Shown: piece by piece, positions 57,553-60,399 of the stretch
Position numbering within the stretch: position 1 is the stretch's first letter
Layout: every line of letters starts with the position of its first letter
Assembly (NCBI GenBank): GCA_964370495.1
Contig: CAYJJH010000001.1
Span: 5,499-65,897 of the forward strand
Origin: an uncultured Prevotella sp.
GTDB lineage: Bacteria; Bacillota; Clostridia; Christensenellales; UBA1242
Length of the DNA: 60,399 nt
Direction of reading: 5' to 3'
Translations under genes and position numbers: made by a program
The notes under the pieces: model-generated
What the model was told of the DNA's origin: nothing
The model's input: only the letters and a program-made list of their open reading frames with translations
The model's database searches: none

Positions 57553-57557
57553 AATTT

Positions 57558-57773
57558 TTATCTGGTTACGCCTGCGTCAGCAAATACGCCTGTTGGCTGT
57601 GATTTTTGTGCATATAGTTTCATTTCTAATTTGAAAATTTCATCTGCGCAGATATCATACTCTCTTTGTTCTCTTGGGTTTGGTCGGCTTCTTAAAGATC
57701 TTTCACGGCTTGCTTGCTGTGATTTCAAATATTGTATTCTTTCTTTTAATCGTTGTGCATCTAAATGACTCAT
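57558..57773 (-). CDS. small hypothetical protein
   Basis: 71-aa charged helical ORF with a GGAGGGG SD upstream. Confidence 0.45.
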   Translation of the reverse strand: MSHLDAQRLKERIQYLKSQQASRERSLRSRPNPREQREYDICADEIFKLEMKLYAQKSQPTGVFADAGVTR

Positions 57774-57852
57774 AATTAATCCCCTCCTTTAAGATGATAA
57801 TAATACCATACTTATATGCATATTGTCAAATTTGAATGCAGGTAACGGGGTT

Positions 57853-59046
57853 TTAGCTGTTTTTGTTATTATATTGATCAATGATTTCTAAGTAAGTGTT
57901 GTATGTATCTTCAACAACAGTATCCCAATAATGATATATTCTTTCAAAAGCACCTTGTCTAACTTTGTTATATAATTCTTCATTTGTAAGTGCTTTTATA
58001 ATTTTGTCCGCATACGCCCTTGGACAGTTATTAGCAATAAATCCACATACTTCGTCTTCTGCATTTGATGAAGCCAATGTATCTTTAAGATATACAGTTG
58101 GTGTTGATTGACTGGCTGCTTCAATTTGAACAAGTCCATTTGTGTCGTAAGAAGAAGGAAATAAAAATAACTTAGCCCTAGCGTAAATTTTTGCAAGCAA
58201 CTCTCTGTCTCCTATTTTCCCCGTATAAATTACATAGTCTTCTAACCCTTTTTTAGCTACGTGTTTTTTCAACTTTGGCATGTCTTTGCCGTCACCAACA
58301 AACATCATTTTGAAAGGGATTCCTTTGTCTTTAAGAAACTTTAATGAATCCACAATAAACAAAATATTTTTAAGAAGAGTTATTCTGCCAACAAAAAGTA
58401 AAACGGTATCGGTTTCTGATAGATTAAATTGTTCATTTATAAGTTTATTTGATTCTTCGCGGTTTTCAATTGGTAACATATCTGTTGCATTGTACATAAC
58501 GCCAGGAAGTCTTTTAGCTTTGTATTCTTTATAATACAGTTGGCTTACGCCTGGATTAACTGCAAAACATTCTGTGCATCCGTTAAAAACGCGCATCATT
58601 GTTTTCATAATAAAGTAAGTTAGAATACCTAATTTAGCATGACGTTTAATATCTTTTTTGAATTGTGTATGCATCGTAGCTATCACGGGAATATTCTTCA
58701 TTTTACCGTATTTAAGTGCGGCCTTCCCCATTGGGAAAGGGGAGTGAGTGTGAATAATATCAAAAGTTTCATTTTTAAGAATTTCCTGAAAGGCTTTGTC
58801 TTTTTTTGGTTTTGCAAAGTCATAGTCCATAAACCATATTTTATTGGCTTTTACACGAACCACTCTAAAAGGGAAATCATCCACGTATTCTGGATGCCTA
58901 ACGCTTTCTGGAACGAATACTGTTACATCCGCCCATTTGCTCATCCTTGTTGCATAGTTTGTCATTACTTGTAACACGCCGTCTTGCATAGGTAGAAACG
59001 AGTCATTAAAGAAGGCGATTTTTATTCTTTTTGGTTTCTTTTTCAT
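57853..59046 (-). CDS. glycosyltransferase family 4 (GT-B fold)
   Basis: IAFFNDSFLPMQDGV N-terminus and a C-terminal EX7E-like region (PSSYDTNGLVQIEA). Confidence 0.85.
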   Translation of the reverse strand: MKKKPKRIKIAFFNDSFLPMQDGVLQVMTNYATRMSKWADVTVFVPESVRHPEYVDDFPFRVVRVKANKIWFMDYDFAKPKKDKAFQEILKNETFDIIHTHSPFPMGKAALKYGKMKNIPVIATMHTQFKKDIKRHAKLGILTYFIMKTMMRVFNGCTECFAVNPGVSQLYYKEYKAKRLPGVMYNATDMLPIENREESNKLINEQFNLSETDTVLLFVGRITLLKNILFIVDSLKFLKDKGIPFKMMFVGDGKDMPKLKKHVAKKGLEDYVIYTGKIGDRELLAKIYARAKLFLFPSSYDTNGLVQIEAASQSTPTVYLKDTLASSNAEDEVCGFIANNCPRAYADKIIKALTNEELYNKVRQGAFERIYHYWDTVVEDTYNTYLEIIDQYNNKNS

Positions 59047-59141
59047 ATGTTTTTTGGTGCTCCTTTGATAGCATAATATAGCAAGGAATAAATAGCAAAT
59101 ATATACAACCTATGTTATTATATTTCAGGAGGATATAAATT

Positions 59142-59558
59142 ATGTTTGATGTATTTAAAGAATATTGGTGGATTTTTGTAGCCGCTGGTGCAGTAATTAT
59201 TTTGGGAGTATTGATTTTAGCTTTAAGAAAGCCAAGAGTATTAAAGGAACAAGCGGGCAAAGTCTTTATGAAAAAGGGCGAGCGTTTCACAAAAGATAAA
59301 AATATATTGGTTGATGGTGAAGTAAATATTACATATAATCCAAAAGACAAGGCGCTTGAAAAAGGTGAAGTATACCGTGTGGGTAAGGGCAAGTTTGTTG
59401 TACCTGGTAAATATACTGTTTTATCTGCGGATAAAAACACAGATAGCTTTAATATAAGAATTGGTGGTGTAGTGCGTGAATACCTACATGCAACCGAAGT
59501 TGTATTGGCAGAAGGCGATGAAATATCTCCACGTTCACATAATATTATTTTAAGGTAA
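59142..59558 (+). CDS. hypothetical membrane-anchored protein
   Basis: One N-terminal TM helix. SD AGGAGG upstream. Confidence 0.5.
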   Translation: MFDVFKEYWWIFVAAGAVIILGVLILALRKPRVLKEQAGKVFMKKGERFTKDKNILVDGEVNITYNPKDKALEKGEVYRVGKGKFVVPGKYTVLSADKNTDSFNIRIGGVVREYLHATEVVLAEGDEISPRSHNIILR

Positions 59559-59565
59559 CAAGTTA

Positions 59566-60273
59566 ATGCACATAAAATTATCATGTGAATATATTGGTAC
59601 TAATTTTTTTGGGTTTCAAAAGCAACCAAAGGGGCGCACGGTACAGGGTGAGTTAGAAAATGCAATATCAAAATATTTCGGCAGCGAAGTAAAAATAGTT
59701 GGCAGTGGGCGAACGGATTCGGGCGTGCACGCAAGAATGCAGGTCATATCTTTTTTATGTCCATGGGAAGAAGTAAATTTGCATAAAATGATGATGGCTA
59801 TAAACTGCTTTCTGCCTGAAGATGTGTCTGTAAATTCAGTAGAGATTATGCAAAAATTTAATGCCAGAGCCGAAGCCAAAATTAAAACCTATGTTTATAA
59901 CTGTTATGTCAGCGCAACAAGAAGCGCAACCAGAGACGCAACCTTTCATCAAATATATAAACCACTGGATATAGTCGAGCTTAGAAAGCAAGCAGCCGAA
60001 TTTATTGGTACTCATGATTTTACAAGCTTTTGCAGCGAATTAGCCGGTAAAAACCCAAACCGAACAATATATAGCTTTGATGTAGATCAAAATCAAGATG
60101 AAATTAAATTCACCGTGCGCGGCGCCAGTTTCCTAAAAAATATGGTGCGTATTATGGTGGGGACTTTGCTGGGTGGTGGAGATGTCAAAGAAATATTGAA
60201 AAAAAGAAATCGAAAGTTTGCGGGGAAAACCGCACCTGCTAAAGGTCTAACTTTGTACAGTGTGGAATATTAA
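59566..60273 (+). CDS. truA: tRNA pseudouridine(38-40) synthase
   Basis: GFQKQP and GSGRTDSGVHA (catalytic Asp) motifs. Confidence 0.9.
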   Translation: MHIKLSCEYIGTNFFGFQKQPKGRTVQGELENAISKYFGSEVKIVGSGRTDSGVHARMQVISFLCPWEEVNLHKMMMAINCFLPEDVSVNSVEIMQKFNARAEAKIKTYVYNCYVSATRSATRDATFHQIYKPLDIVELRKQAAEFIGTHDFTSFCSELAGKNPNRTIYSFDVDQNQDEIKFTVRGASFLKNMVRIMVGTLLGGGDVKEILKKRNRKFAGKTAPAKGLTLYSVEY

Positions 60274-60323
60274 AATCAATATTTTGTTTTCTTAGGTAAT
60301 ATGATATATTATACTTTTTTTAT

Positions 60324-60398
60324 CGGGGCGTAGCGTAGTGGTATCGCGCAAGTCTGGGGGGCTTGAGGTCGTGGGTTCAATTCCCGCCGCTCCGACCA
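60324..60398 (+). tRNA. tRNA-Pro, anticodon GGG
   Basis: CGGGGCG/CGCTCCG acceptor, anticodon stem CAAGT/GCTTG, loop CT-GGG-GG, T arm GTGGG-TTCAATT-CCCGC and encoded CCA. Confidence 0.85.
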
Positions 60399-60399
60399 A

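Noticed and set aside
59006-59584. 192-aa minus-strand ORF
   Set aside because: It overlaps the plus-strand 59142-59558 ORF, which has a strong AGGAGG SD, as well as the GT4 start region. It has no start context of its own.

Overview
This is a low-GC, tightly packed chromosomal window from a Bacillota (Clostridia-like) organism. spoIVB, a possible spoIIM and a dacB-like PBP suggest a spore-former. Most of the window is housekeeping and belongs to the replication-origin neighbourhood. Recognisable genes include recF, cvpA, parB/parA with three parS-like palindromes, a dnaX split by an in-frame stop, ybaB, gltX, comFC, tsaC, murB and rsmG. Further along are a MarR plus heterodimeric ABC exporter module, a minus-strand dnaA-dnaN-X-serS-mazG-glyQS operon, and rpmH-rnpA-yidC-jag-gyrB-gyrA-leuS on the plus strand. 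The remaining recognisable genes are miaA, lepB, radC, uppP, a GT4 glycosyltransferase and truA. There are four tRNAs: Leu-AAG, Gln-UUG, Gln-CUG and Pro-GGG. The standout accessory region is 29.4-34.4 kb. It holds eight tandem same-strand paralogues of a protein family I do not recognise. Each has a conserved ~30-aa N-terminal cap, a variable number of 5-residue repeats (A-x-[DN]-[ILV]-x, not the canonical pentapeptide register) and a conserved C-terminal KK..G[LF]K[ED] tail. The array is transcribed divergently from a guanylate-kinase-like / C-domain-less pyruvate kinase pair, through a 12-bp palindrome that supplies back-to-back -35 hexamers. Secondary observations are a symmetric parS variant, the split dnaX, an A34 tRNA-Leu, a recurrent leaderless promoter-to-ATG geometry, rearranged origin synteny with no obvious oriC, and an HD/UDG-like gene pair bracketed by two tRNA-Gln genes. 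All calls rest on reading the sequence and the ORF translations; no database searches were possible.
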